From positions 456 to 64,455 of the forward strand of contig JBHLOG010000003.1 in assembly GCA_048940765.1 (NCBI GenBank): a stretch of DNA of 64,000 nt, written 5' to 3'. Each line of letters begins with the position of its first letter. The first letter of the stretch is position 1. Shown here one piece after another: positions 29,505-39,978 of the stretch. The position numbers and the translations under genes were made by a program. This DNA comes from Promethearchaeota archaeon (GTDB lineage Archaea > Asgardarchaeota > Lokiarchaeia > Sigyniarchaeales > SOKP01). The notes beneath the pieces were generated by a model that had not been told where the DNA came from, did not search any database, and saw only the letters and a program-made list of their open reading frames with translations.

Positions 29505-30347
29505 TTGAAAAAGACTGTTGAACAAGGAAAGAAAGAAAAAATGGACCAATTAACAGAAAATATAAAAAAAAATATGGAGAAAATTAAGAATAAAATCGTC
29601 GTTATATCAGGTAAAGGTGGAGTAGGAAAGACTACTGTTGCTGTGAACCTTGCTATGAGCTTAGTTAGTGTTGGATTGAGAGTTGGTATCTTAGATGTGG
29701 ATATAACAGGACCAAATATATTAAAAATGTTGGGAATAGACCCAAATCTTAAACCAAGGGTTGATCTTGAAAAAAAACGTTTTTATCCTGTAAATGGGCC
29801 TTTAAATCTCAAAACAATGAGTATGGCATTTCTCATTGAAAGCTCAGACTCGCCTGTTATTTGGAGGGGCCCAATGAAAATGAGTGCTGTGAGACAATTT
29901 CTTGGAGAAGCAATTTGGGGTGAACTTGATTATTTAATATGTGATTTACCGCCTGGTACTTCTGATGAGACATTGGATATTTTACAGCTTATTCCTGATG
30001 AGAATGTTGTGGTTGTTTCAACCCCTCAAGAAGTGGCTTTAATGGATGCTAGAAAAACTATAAGAATGGCTCAGATAATGGAACGTAAAGTATTAGGTAT
30101 TATTGAAAACATGTCTGGTTTTAATTGTCCTCATTGTGGGGAATATATTGATTTATATCCTCCAGGAGGAGTAAAAAAAGCAGCTAATGATTTTAACATT
30201 CGGTTATTAGGCAAAATTCCTTTCGAAATAGAAGTAAGTCAGCAGGGAGATCTAGGAATGCCTTTTATATTAAAGTATCCTGATAGTGCATCAACAAAAG
30301 CTTTTAAAGAAACTGTTAAGACCATTCGAGAAATACTAGAAAGATAA
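29505..30347 (+). CDS. mrp: Mrp/NBP35/ApbC Fe-S cluster carrier ATPase
   Basis: SGKGGVGKT, DVDITGPN, VIWRGP, DLPPGTSD, ENMS..CPHC. Confidence 0.92.
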   Translation: MKKTVEQGKKEKMDQLTENIKKNMEKIKNKIVVISGKGGVGKTTVAVNLAMSLVSVGLRVGILDVDITGPNILKMLGIDPNLKPRVDLEKKRFYPVNGPLNLKTMSMAFLIESSDSPVIWRGPMKMSAVRQFLGEAIWGELDYLICDLPPGTSDETLDILQLIPDENVVVVSTPQEVALMDARKTIRMAQIMERKVLGIIENMSGFNCPHCGEYIDLYPPGGVKKAANDFNIRLLGKIPFEIEVSQQGDLGMPFILKYPDSASTKAFKETVKTIREILER

Positions 30348-30433
30348 AGGAATAATTTTTTTAAATTTTATGAATTATAAAACCTAAAATAATAAGTTGT
30401 ATAAAAATAGTAGCTTGAATTAGCAATCATAAA

Positions 30434-30874
30434 ATGCCACCAGATAATTTAGATAGATGGGTAGAAGAAATTCAGAAGGAGATTATTGAAGAGGAAATTA
30501 AGAGATATAATAAATATATAGTTGAATTATTTCAAAATCCGAAAAATTGGGGTAAACCTCCTGAGGATCAAATAAGTGTATGGCATGCTTATGAAGGTAG
30601 TTGTGGTGATACTATGCAGTTTTTTTTGAAGATCAATAAAGGCATTATTGAAAAAGCTAATTTTATTACCGATGGATGTGGTGCTACTGTAGCAGCGGGA
30701 AGCCAAATTACTATAATGGTTGAAGGCAAACCATTAGAATTTGCAGAAAAATTAAGATCTATTGATATAGATAACGCTTTAAGAGGTTTACCAGACGATC
30801 ATAAGCATTGTGCTGAATTAGCAGTAACTACCATGAAGCGTGCGATTGAGAAATACAAGATGCAAAAACCTTGA
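30434..30874 (+). CDS. IscU/NifU-N Fe-S scaffold
   Basis: NPKNWG, CGD, GCG, HCA. Confidence 0.88.
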   Translation: MPPDNLDRWVEEIQKEIIEEEIKRYNKYIVELFQNPKNWGKPPEDQISVWHAYEGSCGDTMQFFLKINKGIIEKANFITDGCGATVAAGSQITIMVEGKPLEFAEKLRSIDIDNALRGLPDDHKHCAELAVTTMKRAIEKYKMQKP

Positions 30875-30895
30875 ATAATTTTTTTAATAAATACT

Positions 30896-31831
30896 ATGAA
30901 ATATATATATGGTCCTGTTCCTAGTCGAAGATTAGGTAAATCTTTAGGAATCGATCCAATCCCTTCTAAGACATGTAATTTTCAATGCATTTATTGTCAA
31001 TTAGGAAAAACAACTAATTTTACTAATATTAGAAAAAATTTTTTCCCAAAGGAAGATATCATTGCTGAATTAGATAGAGCCATAGAATTGCATGAGGATT
31101 CGATAGATTACATAACATTTGTAGGTAGTGGTGAACCTACGTTATATAAAGACCTTAAAGAATTAATATTAAAAGCGAAAGAATTTTCTAACAAACCTAT
31201 TTGCGTCATTACTAATGGAAGTTTACTTGATCATAAAGAAGTTCAGAATGCTCTAATATTTTCGGATGTAATTTTACCAAGCTTGGATGCGGGAGATAAG
31301 AAATCATTTATTAAGATAAATCGGCCTCACCCCTCAATTACTTTTAAAAAATTAATTCGAGGATTTATAAATTTCAGGGAAAAGTATAACGGTAAATTTT
31401 GGATAGAAGTAATGCTGATGAGAGGAATAAATGACTCAAAAGAAGAACTAATAAAAATTAAGGAAAAAATAGACCTTATAAATCCTGATAGAATTGATAT
31501 CAATGTTCCAATTCGACCTCCACTAGAAAAATGGGTAAAGATACCAGATAAAAGTATACTTCCAATTTTGAATGAAATATTTGTTGATTATTCCAACATT
31601 AATTTTCCTGAGGAAGGAGAATTCTGCATATATTCATTGGATTTCGAAAAAGAGGTTTTATCACTACTTGAGAGACATCCAATGAGACAAGATCAAATAA
31701 TTAAAACATTTTATTCTGATAATTTTAAAAAAAATGAGATTATTTCACAGTTAAATCAACTAAAATCCCAAAATAAAATAATAGATGTTCTCTATAATGA
31801 TCAAATTTTTTGGAAATTAATGATCAAATAA
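30896..31831 (+). CDS. Radical SAM protein (YGPVPSRRLG type)
   Basis: YGPVPSRRLGKSLG, CNFQCIYC, GSGEPTL. Confidence 0.9.
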   Translation: MKYIYGPVPSRRLGKSLGIDPIPSKTCNFQCIYCQLGKTTNFTNIRKNFFPKEDIIAELDRAIELHEDSIDYITFVGSGEPTLYKDLKELILKAKEFSNKPICVITNGSLLDHKEVQNALIFSDVILPSLDAGDKKSFIKINRPHPSITFKKLIRGFINFREKYNGKFWIEVMLMRGINDSKEELIKIKEKIDLINPDRIDINVPIRPPLEKWVKIPDKSILPILNEIFVDYSNINFPEEGEFCIYSLDFEKEVLSLLERHPMRQDQIIKTFYSDNFKKNEIISQLNQLKSQNKIIDVLYNDQIFWKLMIK

Positions 31832-31861
31832 AATTATTGATTTATAATGGAAATAAAAATA

Positions 31862-32251
31862 CTAATTCTCTAAATATTCAAGAAGGAGCTCTTTTAAAGC
31901 ATTAGATACTTCTGGAGTTAAATGATGCTCTATCTCACAAGATAATTTTTTTATTAAATTATTGTTCTCTAATTTTAAAACATCCCTAAAAAAATCACAT
32001 AGATTCTTATAGCTCCTAAATATATCTTGAGCTATTTTTTTTCCTTTTTTAGTTAATCGCAAAGATTTTCTTGGCTTCCAGTCTATTAACTCTTCTGCTT
32101 TTAGCTTATATAACATATTGGTCACTGAAGGTGGTTTAACATGTAAGAAATCTGAAATTCCTGAATTGGATACCCATCCACCTTTGTTTTTTTTTGAAAT
32201 TAAATATATTGCTTTTAAATAATTTTCATAACTTTCATGAACTTTACACAT
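31862..32251 (-). CDS. DtxR/MntR metal-dependent transcriptional regulator
   Basis: ENYLKAIY, PPSVTNML, CEIEHHL. Confidence 0.9.
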   Translation of the reverse strand: MCKVHESYENYLKAIYLISKKNKGGWVSNSGISDFLHVKPPSVTNMLYKLKAEELIDWKPRKSLRLTKKGKKIAQDIFRSYKNLCDFFRDVLKLENNNLIKKLSCEIEHHLTPEVSNALKELLLEYLEN

Positions 32252-32294
32252 TTAAATATCTACCTTTTAAAAAATAAAAAAAATAAAAAAAAAA

Positions 32295-32675
32295 TTATTC
32301 TTCTTTTTCCAATTCACCAATTCTTTTAGAAATATCTTCTAAAACTTTCTTGATGCCATTCATTTCTGATTCCAGATAACTTTTCTCTTGCTTTAGCATT
32401 GATAATTGGCTTTCTGGTGTGATTTGTGGTGCAATTCCAGGAGTATATGGTGTATAAATGGGAATCGAATAGCCATAACCCAAACCCCAGCCTCTACCAT
32501 ATCCTATCCCTCTACCGCGCCCCCAACCTCTACCGCGCCCCCAACCACGTCCAAATCCAAATCCCATTCCAGGACCTTTTGTATATCCCGGTGTATCATA
32601 ACCCGCACAATATCCTAAAGCTCTACCTGTCATTGGTCCTAATCCTCCTGGTCCAGTTCTATCTCCACCTGGCAT
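32295..32675 (-). CDS. DUF5320-family protein
   Basis: MPGGDRTGPGGLGPMTGRALGYCAG, Gly/Arg repeats, C-terminal coiled coil; SD GGAGGT. Confidence 0.88.
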   Translation of the reverse strand: MPGGDRTGPGGLGPMTGRALGYCAGYDTPGYTKGPGMGFGFGRGWGRGRGWGRGRGIGYGRGWGLGYGYSIPIYTPYTPGIAPQITPESQLSMLKQEKSYLESEMNGIKKVLEDISKRIGELEKEE

Positions 32676-32702
32676 ATTTTATTACCTCCGATATATTTTT
32701 CC

Positions 32703-32777
32703 TGAATAATTATTCATTATTACTATCTATTATATTAATATCAAATTAACTATTTAAGTATTATGAATATATATTCA
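32703..32777. promoter_or_regulatory. Paired TGAAT-N4-ATTCA operators
   Basis: TGAATAATTATTCA 32703-32716 and TGAATATATATTCA 32764-32777 flanking a minus-strand TATA-like box; same layout as 23926-23999. Confidence 0.7.
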
Positions 32778-32963
32778 AAAAAAACTTTTTTCTTTTTAAT
32801 TTTTATATTTTATAAAAATTTAATAATCCTTTTTTATATAGGATGGAATTAATTACCATAACTCGTATATTGTTAAGTTAAATAATAAGATTATATTATA
32901 AATGTTTTAATTTTATCAAAAGCAAAGAAAAGGACTACTTTTTAAAGGAAAAATCTTTTTATT

Positions 32964-32977
32964 TTAGGCTTAACTAA
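32964..32977. promoter_or_regulatory. Candidate DtxR-family iron box TTAGGCTTAACTAA
   Basis: One mismatch to TTAGG-N4-CCTAA; just upstream of TTTAAATA before feoA; DtxR gene is under 1 kb away. Confidence 0.55.
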
Positions 32978-33045
32978 TAACTTTAAATACAATAAAATAT
33001 ATAATTTAATAGAGAAAAACAGTTTTTTTCTAACAATAATATCTC

Positions 33046-33336
33046 ATGGTTTTAATGTCAAAGAATTCAATCCAAAAGAATAAAAAAATTTTTCCATTAA
33101 TAAGCAATTTGATTGATTGTCCAATTGGCGAAGAACTCAAAGTTTTGAGAGTAAATGCAGGCTATAACGCTAAGAGAAGACTAGCAAATTTAGGAATTAT
33201 TCCTGGGGTAAAAATAACAAAAAAACAAGCTGCTCCTTTTCGAGGTCCTGTTGAAATTATAGTAAAAGGATCTTTATTAGTTATTGGGAGAGGCTTAGCA
33301 GCTAGAATAATTGTAATGATTAATAAATCTGAATAA
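33046..33336 (+). CDS. feoA: Ferrous iron transport protein A
   Basis: RRLANLGIIPG, APFRGPV, IGRGLA. Confidence 0.9.
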   Translation: MVLMSKNSIQKNKKIFPLISNLIDCPIGEELKVLRVNAGYNAKRRLANLGIIPGVKITKKQAAPFRGPVEIIVKGSLLVIGRGLAARIIVMINKSE

Positions 33337-33392
33337 TTATTCTAAAATTGCTCGTAATTTTACTTCTTTAAAAAAAATTCATTTTTTAGAAA

Positions 33393-35528
33393 ATGCATAT
33401 GAGAATCAAAAAATCTAAGAGTAAATTAAATGAGAAAGACAAAAAAGTTAAAGGTATTATCAATATAGCTTTAGCTGGTAATGCAAATGTTGGTAAATCA
33501 GTGATTTTCAATCAACTTACTGGTCTTTCTCAAACTATAGGGAATTGGCCTGGAAAAACCGTAGAAAAGATGGAAGGATATCTTAACTTTTTAGGGTATC
33601 GATTCAATATTATCGATTTACCAGGAATTTATTCATTATCAACATACTCTTTAGAAGAAATAATTAGCAGAGAGCATTTAGTCTCTGAAGATGTTGATGT
33701 TATTATAAATGTAATTGATGCTACAAATCTTGAACGTAATTTATTCTTTACTTTTCAATTACTAGAACTTAAAGTTCCAATGATATTAGCTATTAATCAG
33801 ATGGATATTTTAAGAAAAAGAAATTTAAAGTTAGATTTTAAAAAGTTAGAAGAATTTTTTAAATTACCAGTTATTCCAGTTATAGCTATACACGGTACAG
33901 GTGTTCATCAATTACTTGAAGAAGCAATAGAATTAGTAGTTTATCATAAATCAACATCACATTATAATCAGAATGGTAAAATAATTCATGAAAAGTTATC
34001 TCATAGTAATATAACTCCAAAAGAAGAATCAACTCTCAAAAATTCTTTTCTATTTCCAGATTTATCTTCAATACTAACATATGGTAAAGAGGTCGAAAGT
34101 AAAATAAATAGCTTAATCAAAAATATTTATAAACATACAGATTATTTTCCTAAATTCCATTATCCTTCACGTTTTTTAGCCATTAAGATTTTAGAAAATG
34201 ATGAAGAAATTGAGAAAATATTCAAGATTAACCAAGGTACAACATATATACTTGATTTAGCCTATAAATATCGAAATGAGCTAGAAGAATTGCATGGAGA
34301 AGATATTAGTACAATTATTTCCTCAGAAATTTATACAAATATTCATAAAATAATTGAGCAAGTTCTTATCGTTAAATCTTATGGTAAAATAAAAGTAGAT
34401 TGGGCTGAAAAATTAGATCATCTAACAACCCATTCTTTTTGGGGTTATGTGATATTAGTTTTAATTCTCATCGGCATTTATTTTTTTACTTTCTTTATTG
34501 GGAATTTCCTTGGAGGCAATATTGAAAAAGTGTTTGAAAAATTAAGCAATATTATTTATAATTTCTATTCCGAGGATGATTGGGGAGTTAAAATATTTTG
34601 GGAAGGAGTTATGGGTGGTATCTTTGGGGCAATAGGCGGTGTTTTGGTTTATGTGGTTCCTTTCTTTTTAATCATTGAAATTTTACAGGATTCGGGTTAC
34701 CTACCCCGTGCGGCATATCTAATGGATCGATTTATGCATATTATTGGTGTTCATGGAAAAACTATAATCCCTATGATACTAGGCTTTGGATGTAATGTCC
34801 CTGCTTGCACAGGATGCAGAATTATGGAAACAGAACGAGAAAAAAAAATTTCAATTGCATTAACTTCCATGATTCCATGCGCAGCAGTAATGACTGTGGT
34901 TTTAGGTTTAGTAGGGCGTTATCTCGGAATAATATGGGTTCTACTATTATTTACCATAAATTTTGTAGTAATTATTATCATTGGAAAAATATTGAATAAG
35001 ATTTTACCTGGTGAATGCACTGAATTAATTATGGAGATGCATGAATATCGTGTTCCGAATTATTCTGTAATTTTAAAACAAACGTGGATGAGAACTAAAG
35101 AATTTATCTATAAAGCAATGCCTATAATAATAATATCAGGAGTTTTTTTAGAATTATTGTTTATGTTTCGCCTTTTGGATCCAGTTAATTTTCTCTTTAT
35201 ACCAATTACAGTGTATTGGTTGGGATTGCCCGCGATAACTGGCATTTTTTTAATTTATGGAATATTAAGGAAAGAATTGACATTGGTTCTCTTAGCATTA
35301 TTAGCTAATTCCATGGGAACAACACTTTTAGGTTTACTCTCTCCCTTTCAAATGGTTATATTTAGTTTAGTTACAATGCTTTATATTCCATGTTTTGCGA
35401 CTATAGTTATTATAGCAAGAGAAACTAATTGGAAATTTGCTTTAAAAATCTCTTTTCTAGAAATTGGTATTGCTTTATTTATAGGGGGGGTAATAAATTG
35501 GGTTTTCTGGCTTTTTACAAATATCTAA
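33393..35528 (+). CDS. feoB: Ferrous iron transport protein B
   Basis: [43 protein letters not shown]. Confidence 0.95.
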   Translation: MHMRIKKSKSKLNEKDKKVKGIINIALAGNANVGKSVIFNQLTGLSQTIGNWPGKTVEKMEGYLNFLGYRFNIIDLPGIYSLSTYSLEEIISREHLVSEDVDVIINVIDATNLERNLFFTFQLLELKVPMILAINQMDILRKRNLKLDFKKLEEFFKLPVIPVIAIHGTGVHQLLEEAIELVVYHKSTSHYNQNGKIIHEKLSHSNITPKEESTLKNSFLFPDLSSILTYGKEVESKINSLIKNIYKHTDYFPKFHYPSRFLAIKILENDEEIEKIFKINQGTTYILDLAYKYRNELEELHGEDISTIISSEIYTNIHKIIEQVLIVKSYGKIKVDWAEKLDHLTTHSFWGYVILVLILIGIYFFTFFIGNFLGGNIEKVFEKLSNIIYNFYSEDDWGVKIFWEGVMGGIFGAIGGVLVYVVPFFLIIEILQDSGYLPRAAYLMDRFMHIIGVHGKTIIPMILGFGCNVPACTGCRIMETEREKKISIALTSMIPCAAVMTVVLGLVGRYLGIIWVLLLFTINFVVIIIIGKILNKILPGECTELIMEMHEYRVPNYSVILKQTWMRTKEFIYKAMPIIIISGVFLELLFMFRLLDPVNFLFIPITVYWLGLPAITGIFLIYGILRKELTLVLLALLANSMGTTLLGLLSPFQMVIFSLVTMLYIPCFATIVIIARETNWKFALKISFLEIGIALFIGGVINWVFWLFTNI

Positions 35529-35700
35529 ATTTCTATTTTAATAAAAAACTCAGCTTGTATTTCTTTATTTTTAGTAAATTAAATCTTATCTATTGATTTA
35601 ATAAAAAAAAAATGATAATATTTATTTTTAATTTGGTTCAGATTATTTCTTTGTTTGATCTAATCTCAATTTTTGTTTTCTCATTGGTTTATTAAAGTAT

Positions 35701-37137
35701 TTAGAAAAAATTATCAATAAATTCATTGTCTTTTATATATTTCAAATTGTTTTGTATATAAACCGTTTCTAACTCCTTTAAAGCCTCAGATTTGAATGTT
35801 TTCAAATCATTAAAAAACTTATCTTTTAATTGACTAATTTCCTTTCTAAATACTTTAATAGGATTTACTGGTTTATACCATCCATTTGTTGCCAAAATCC
35901 ATTTTCTCTTTTCTAATATATTAAGGGCATTATTGATCTCTTGTTGATCTCTTTTAATAATAGAACTCAACATAGATGGATCAGCATGTTCTAAGGAAAG
36001 GAGTGTAGCATAAACTCTTGCCTCAAGTTCGGTCGCCTTGAATAATTTCATAGATGAGATTACTTTTTCATTTACATGGACAACTTTCAATTTTTTCTTC
36101 AAGGAAATATTCTTAATTTTTGAGAGATCTATTTGATTACTCATTATAATTTTTTTAGATTTTAAAGCATCATTAAATATGTTCATACCAACATCAGAGC
36201 GAATGATAATACTATTCCATGAATTTTCAGGAGCTCCAATACTACCAATAGATATATCTGAAAATTCAGCAGTATAATCTTTACAATATTGACAACTTGA
36301 CCAACTATATTTTTTAACAGACTTTATTGGAGTGTTCTTTATACTTCCATCTTTCGAATAGATAATAAAATTACCTTGTGATATATCCAGTTTTTTCACC
36401 TCACTAATTGGCATTCCAAATTCTTTTTGAATTATATCTCTCATTGAATCATAACTATAATTTGATGTACAATAAAGTCCAATTATTAAGTTAAATTTGC
36501 TATATTCGTCTGAAATTGGAGGAAAAAATTGAAGTTTGCGTGCTGCTTGAATTTGACATGGCATACCTACAAATGCAAGTTTTTTTAGTTTGTATTTATT
36601 AACAGCATCTCTATAAGTTGATAAAGTAGGTGCCAATGCATATACAGAACCTGTTGCTTCTAATATTTCTTTTGAAGTTCTTGCTATAATGGGTTTTGGC
36701 TTCCAATTTTCATCTTTACTCGTAAGAAGAGCTCCATCAATTATTCCTTCATTAAGAGCATGAATAAGTATTGAAGTTACAGCTCCACCATTTTGTGATG
36801 CCTTTAAAATATTCTCATTAGTACTTTTAGCAAGAACAGCTTTTTTATAATGTCCAATTAAAAGATCTTTGATAGTACGCTCAGAAAAAATTTCCTTCTC
36901 AAAAAATCTTTCTGGAAAATAAGTTTTTGCACAATATTTATAACATAAAGAACATTCTGGGTCATAATCTAAAAGTGATGGCTCATCTTCATTTATTCCA
37001 ATACGAGGACAAATTGACATACAAGTTCCACATAAAACACAATTTTTTTTACTTATAACTAACTCATGTAAATCTTGGAACCCATATTCAGAGATATCAC
37101 AATGAAAATAATCCTTTATTAACTCCCTAGGTATCAT
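35701..37137 (-). CDS. Ferredoxin-FrhB (F420-binding) protein fused to a C-terminal TrmB-like winged helix
   Basis: CVLCGTC, NGGAVT, VGMPCQ, IGLYC, CQYCKDYTAEFSDISIG; tail ELEARVYATLL...INNALNILEKRKWI...YKPVNP is TrmB-like. Confidence 0.8.
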   Translation of the reverse strand: MIPRELIKDYFHCDISEYGFQDLHELVISKKNCVLCGTCMSICPRIGINEDEPSLLDYDPECSLCYKYCAKTYFPERFFEKEIFSERTIKDLLIGHYKKAVLAKSTNENILKASQNGGAVTSILIHALNEGIIDGALLTSKDENWKPKPIIARTSKEILEATGSVYALAPTLSTYRDAVNKYKLKKLAFVGMPCQIQAARKLQFFPPISDEYSKFNLIIGLYCTSNYSYDSMRDIIQKEFGMPISEVKKLDISQGNFIIYSKDGSIKNTPIKSVKKYSWSSCQYCKDYTAEFSDISIGSIGAPENSWNSIIIRSDVGMNIFNDALKSKKIIMSNQIDLSKIKNISLKKKLKVVHVNEKVISSMKLFKATELEARVYATLLSLEHADPSMLSSIIKRDQQEINNALNILEKRKWILATNGWYKPVNPIKVFRKEISQLKDKFFNDLKTFKSEALKELETVYIQNNLKYIKDNEFIDNFF

Positions 37138-37491
37138 TTTTAAATATTCACCTTTTAGAAAATTTATATTATTATAGGATTTAATGATGATTTTATCGAG
37201 AATACCATATAATATATATCAATTAAGACATATAAATGATCCATCTTGATATATCAATCTAGAAATTGTTGCATTTAACATATAAAATTATAAAAAAATA
37301 ATGATAATGAGTTTGGTATTATAGATACCATTTTCTAAAAATAAAAAAAATGATATATCTACTCGAGTTAAATAAAAAGTTGGAAAATCAAAGATAATAC
37401 CTTTGATTTTCACCAATTTAAAATAATATTATATAAGTTATTTTGTAATTTACAATTTTATCTAATTTTTAGTTTCTTAAGATAATTGTTA

Positions 37492-37752
37492 TTAATCTCC
37501 TTCTCTTTTTTTTCTATGCTTTATTTTTGCATCCAATCCCTCTTTAAGATTAGTTAATTTTGTAGAAAAATTTAAATCTATGTTCCAATTGTCTAAACGG
37601 CTACTTTCATTATTAATTTCTTGTCGATTATTAATGAGATTCGCTGGATCTAATGAAAATTGTGAGAATTCTGGATCTTCGTTATATTCGTCATCAGATT
37701 CTTTAATAAATTTTTCAGATCCAATTTTATAATCTGTATTTTCTTTTTTCAT
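37492..37752 (-). CDS. Small hydrophilic hypothetical protein
   Basis: 86 aa ORF 12 nt downstream of the previous minus-strand gene; no recognised motif. Confidence 0.45.
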   Translation of the reverse strand: MKKENTDYKIGSEKFIKESDDEYNEDPEFSQFSLDPANLINNRQEINNESSRLDNWNIDLNFSTKLTNLKEGLDAKIKHRKKREGD

Positions 37753-37764
37753 TAAAAATGGCCC

Positions 37765-39672
37765 TTATGTGTTAATTATATTCAATTCAAAATGTCTTGT
37801 ACTATTTCTTTTTATCTCTGCTAGCTTCTCTATTTTTGTTTGAAGCGGTTTCTTATCTCTGAAGCTTTTAACTTCAATTAAACCATCCTTAATGGCACCA
37901 TTAAAGATTTTTTCACCTTTCTTTGTTCTTAAAATTACAGATGACCATCCAATTTCAGATCCTATCGACCCTACTGAGATATCGGCCAATTCTGCTGTAA
38001 AATCACTACAGTAATTACAAAAATCATAACCATATAAATCACAATCCTTTAGAGGATATGAAAATATCTCACCTGATTCAAGAGTTAAAACAAATTTTCC
38101 ACTAGTTATATCCATCTTAACTATTTCATTGATATTAACACTAAATTTATCACTAAAGAGTTTAAGAATTTTCTCATAAGGAAAAGATTCTCTACAGAAA
38201 AGGCCAATTTTATATTTTATATTACTTAAAATAGGTAATTTAGCAGGGAATAATTCTCCTTTAAAAATTGCTTTAATTTTACATGGTAAGGCAACTATTG
38301 CTATATTTTTATATTTGTCAATCTTATCCAAAACTGACAACATAGGAGCATGAACATAGGTACTACCTGCTGTTTTGTATAAATCCATTAAATTTTCAAT
38401 TATACTAACTTCAGGTTTCCAAAACTTTTTTGAATGTCTAATCGTTACTACTGCATCTACTAAATTTTTGGACAATAAGTAATAAAGTAATGAAGTTACG
38501 ATACCACCATCCTGTCCAACTTTTTTTATTCCATATTTTAATGTCTTTGCAGAAGCAATATATTTATAATACCCTAGAAGATTAGAATATTTTAACGAAG
38601 TATCAGATTTTCTAATAAACTTTTGTAGATTATCAATTGAAAAAGACTGAGGACAAACACTATAACAAAGACCACAATTAATACATTCCCCTTCATCAAT
38701 ATATAAATAATTTTGTGTTAGTTCAATACAATTAATAGGACAGATGGCTGTACATAAGCCACAATGACAACAAATGCTATATTCTTGAACCGAAGAGACT
38801 GATTTGAAGTAATTCTGTTTATAATTATCTAAATTTTGTATAACTTTGTATCTATAAAAAGGTTCTTTTAATTTTAATAATTTAGTTTGATCTGTTATTT
38901 TTTTTTCCGGTATTTCTGTAAAAATTTCTTCAATATAACCTTGTTCTATTAAATAGAAAATATCTCGAATGATACTCGTTTCTGAAAAATCAAAAATGGC
39001 TAATATTTCATCTAATGTTAATGGTTCATATCTTTTCAATTCTCCAAGAATATATTTTCTTGCCGTTTCGGCATCAAAAATCGAACTAATTAAAAGATTA
39101 AGCCTATCTTCCTTGTATTTTCCTAATTCTAAAATTTTTTCTTTTGCCTTGAAAAGCGATCTATAGTGATAATTAAATGAAGCTTCATAAGTTGCATATA
39201 ACAATTTTTTTATTGGAATTGAATCGAAACTATAATTATAATCAGGTTTGATATACACTCTGTTAATTCCATTATTGATTGGATTTGGTCCAATCTGAAT
39301 TAATCTTCGAAAAAATTTCTCAAAAGCCTCACTTAATTTCTTATGGTTACTTCTATTAAAAATAAAAGTTTTTATTCTTTGATTACTTAAACCCCTTCGT
39401 TCTAAAATATGATTAGTTTCTTCTGCTGATTTAAAGAAGAAATCGAATTTGGATACTAGTTTATTTCTTTCTATCTTTCCATCAATTATTACAAATATAC
39501 CATCAAATCCTTGATAAATTGTTTTTAATAACTCTGTTATATCTAGTGAACCTAAATTTCCCATTTTAGTTATTTTAACCGAATTTACTCCTTTGAATTT
39601 TTTCATCAAAGGATAATCAGATTCGTTATATGTGTATCCTATGCTTGAGAATATCATGATTTTGTATTCCAT
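37765..39672 (-). CDS. Fusion: Cys-less MvhD-like domain, winged helix, ferredoxin, FrhB
   Basis: N-terminus KIMIFS...GFDGIFV echoes MvhD; ILGELKRYEPLTLDEI...IIRDIFYLIEQGYI is wHTH-like; CCHCGLC, CINCGLC, DGGIVT, LPCK, GLFC, CNYCSDFTAELADISVG. Confidence 0.75.
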   Translation of the reverse strand: MEYKIMIFSSIGYTYNESDYPLMKKFKGVNSVKITKMGNLGSLDITELLKTIYQGFDGIFVIIDGKIERNKLVSKFDFFFKSAEETNHILERRGLSNQRIKTFIFNRSNHKKLSEAFEKFFRRLIQIGPNPINNGINRVYIKPDYNYSFDSIPIKKLLYATYEASFNYHYRSLFKAKEKILELGKYKEDRLNLLISSIFDAETARKYILGELKRYEPLTLDEILAIFDFSETSIIRDIFYLIEQGYIEEIFTEIPEKKITDQTKLLKLKEPFYRYKVIQNLDNYKQNYFKSVSSVQEYSICCHCGLCTAICPINCIELTQNYLYIDEGECINCGLCYSVCPQSFSIDNLQKFIRKSDTSLKYSNLLGYYKYIASAKTLKYGIKKVGQDGGIVTSLLYYLLSKNLVDAVVTIRHSKKFWKPEVSIIENLMDLYKTAGSTYVHAPMLSVLDKIDKYKNIAIVALPCKIKAIFKGELFPAKLPILSNIKYKIGLFCRESFPYEKILKLFSDKFSVNINEIVKMDITSGKFVLTLESGEIFSYPLKDCDLYGYDFCNYCSDFTAELADISVGSIGSEIGWSSVILRTKKGEKIFNGAIKDGLIEVKSFRDKKPLQTKIEKLAEIKRNSTRHFELNIINT

Positions 39673-39978
39673 TATGATTACCTATTTTAGTAATAGTATT
39701 CCAATTTGATATTTTTATACATTATTTGTCATATAATTATTATGCAAATCGATCATTTATATGTTAGTATTGATAAATTGTACTATATAAAATAAGTAAT
39801 TCCACTGCTAGAAATGTTAATATAATAAAATTTAAAACAAGAAAAATTAAAAATATTAACTTAAACTAATAAGATATTGTCTTTTAAAGCTTCATTTTAT
39901 CATTTAAATATTAAGATTTAGATGATTTATTTCATAGAAAAATTAGTTTAATTTCTGAATTCCTTTAAATAAAAAAAA

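Noticed and set aside
32485-32560. GC-rich short direct repeats (CCTCTACCGCGCCCCCAA-like) as CRISPR or tandem repeat
   Set aside because: They encode the GRGWGRGRG low-complexity segment of DUF5320 and have no spacers
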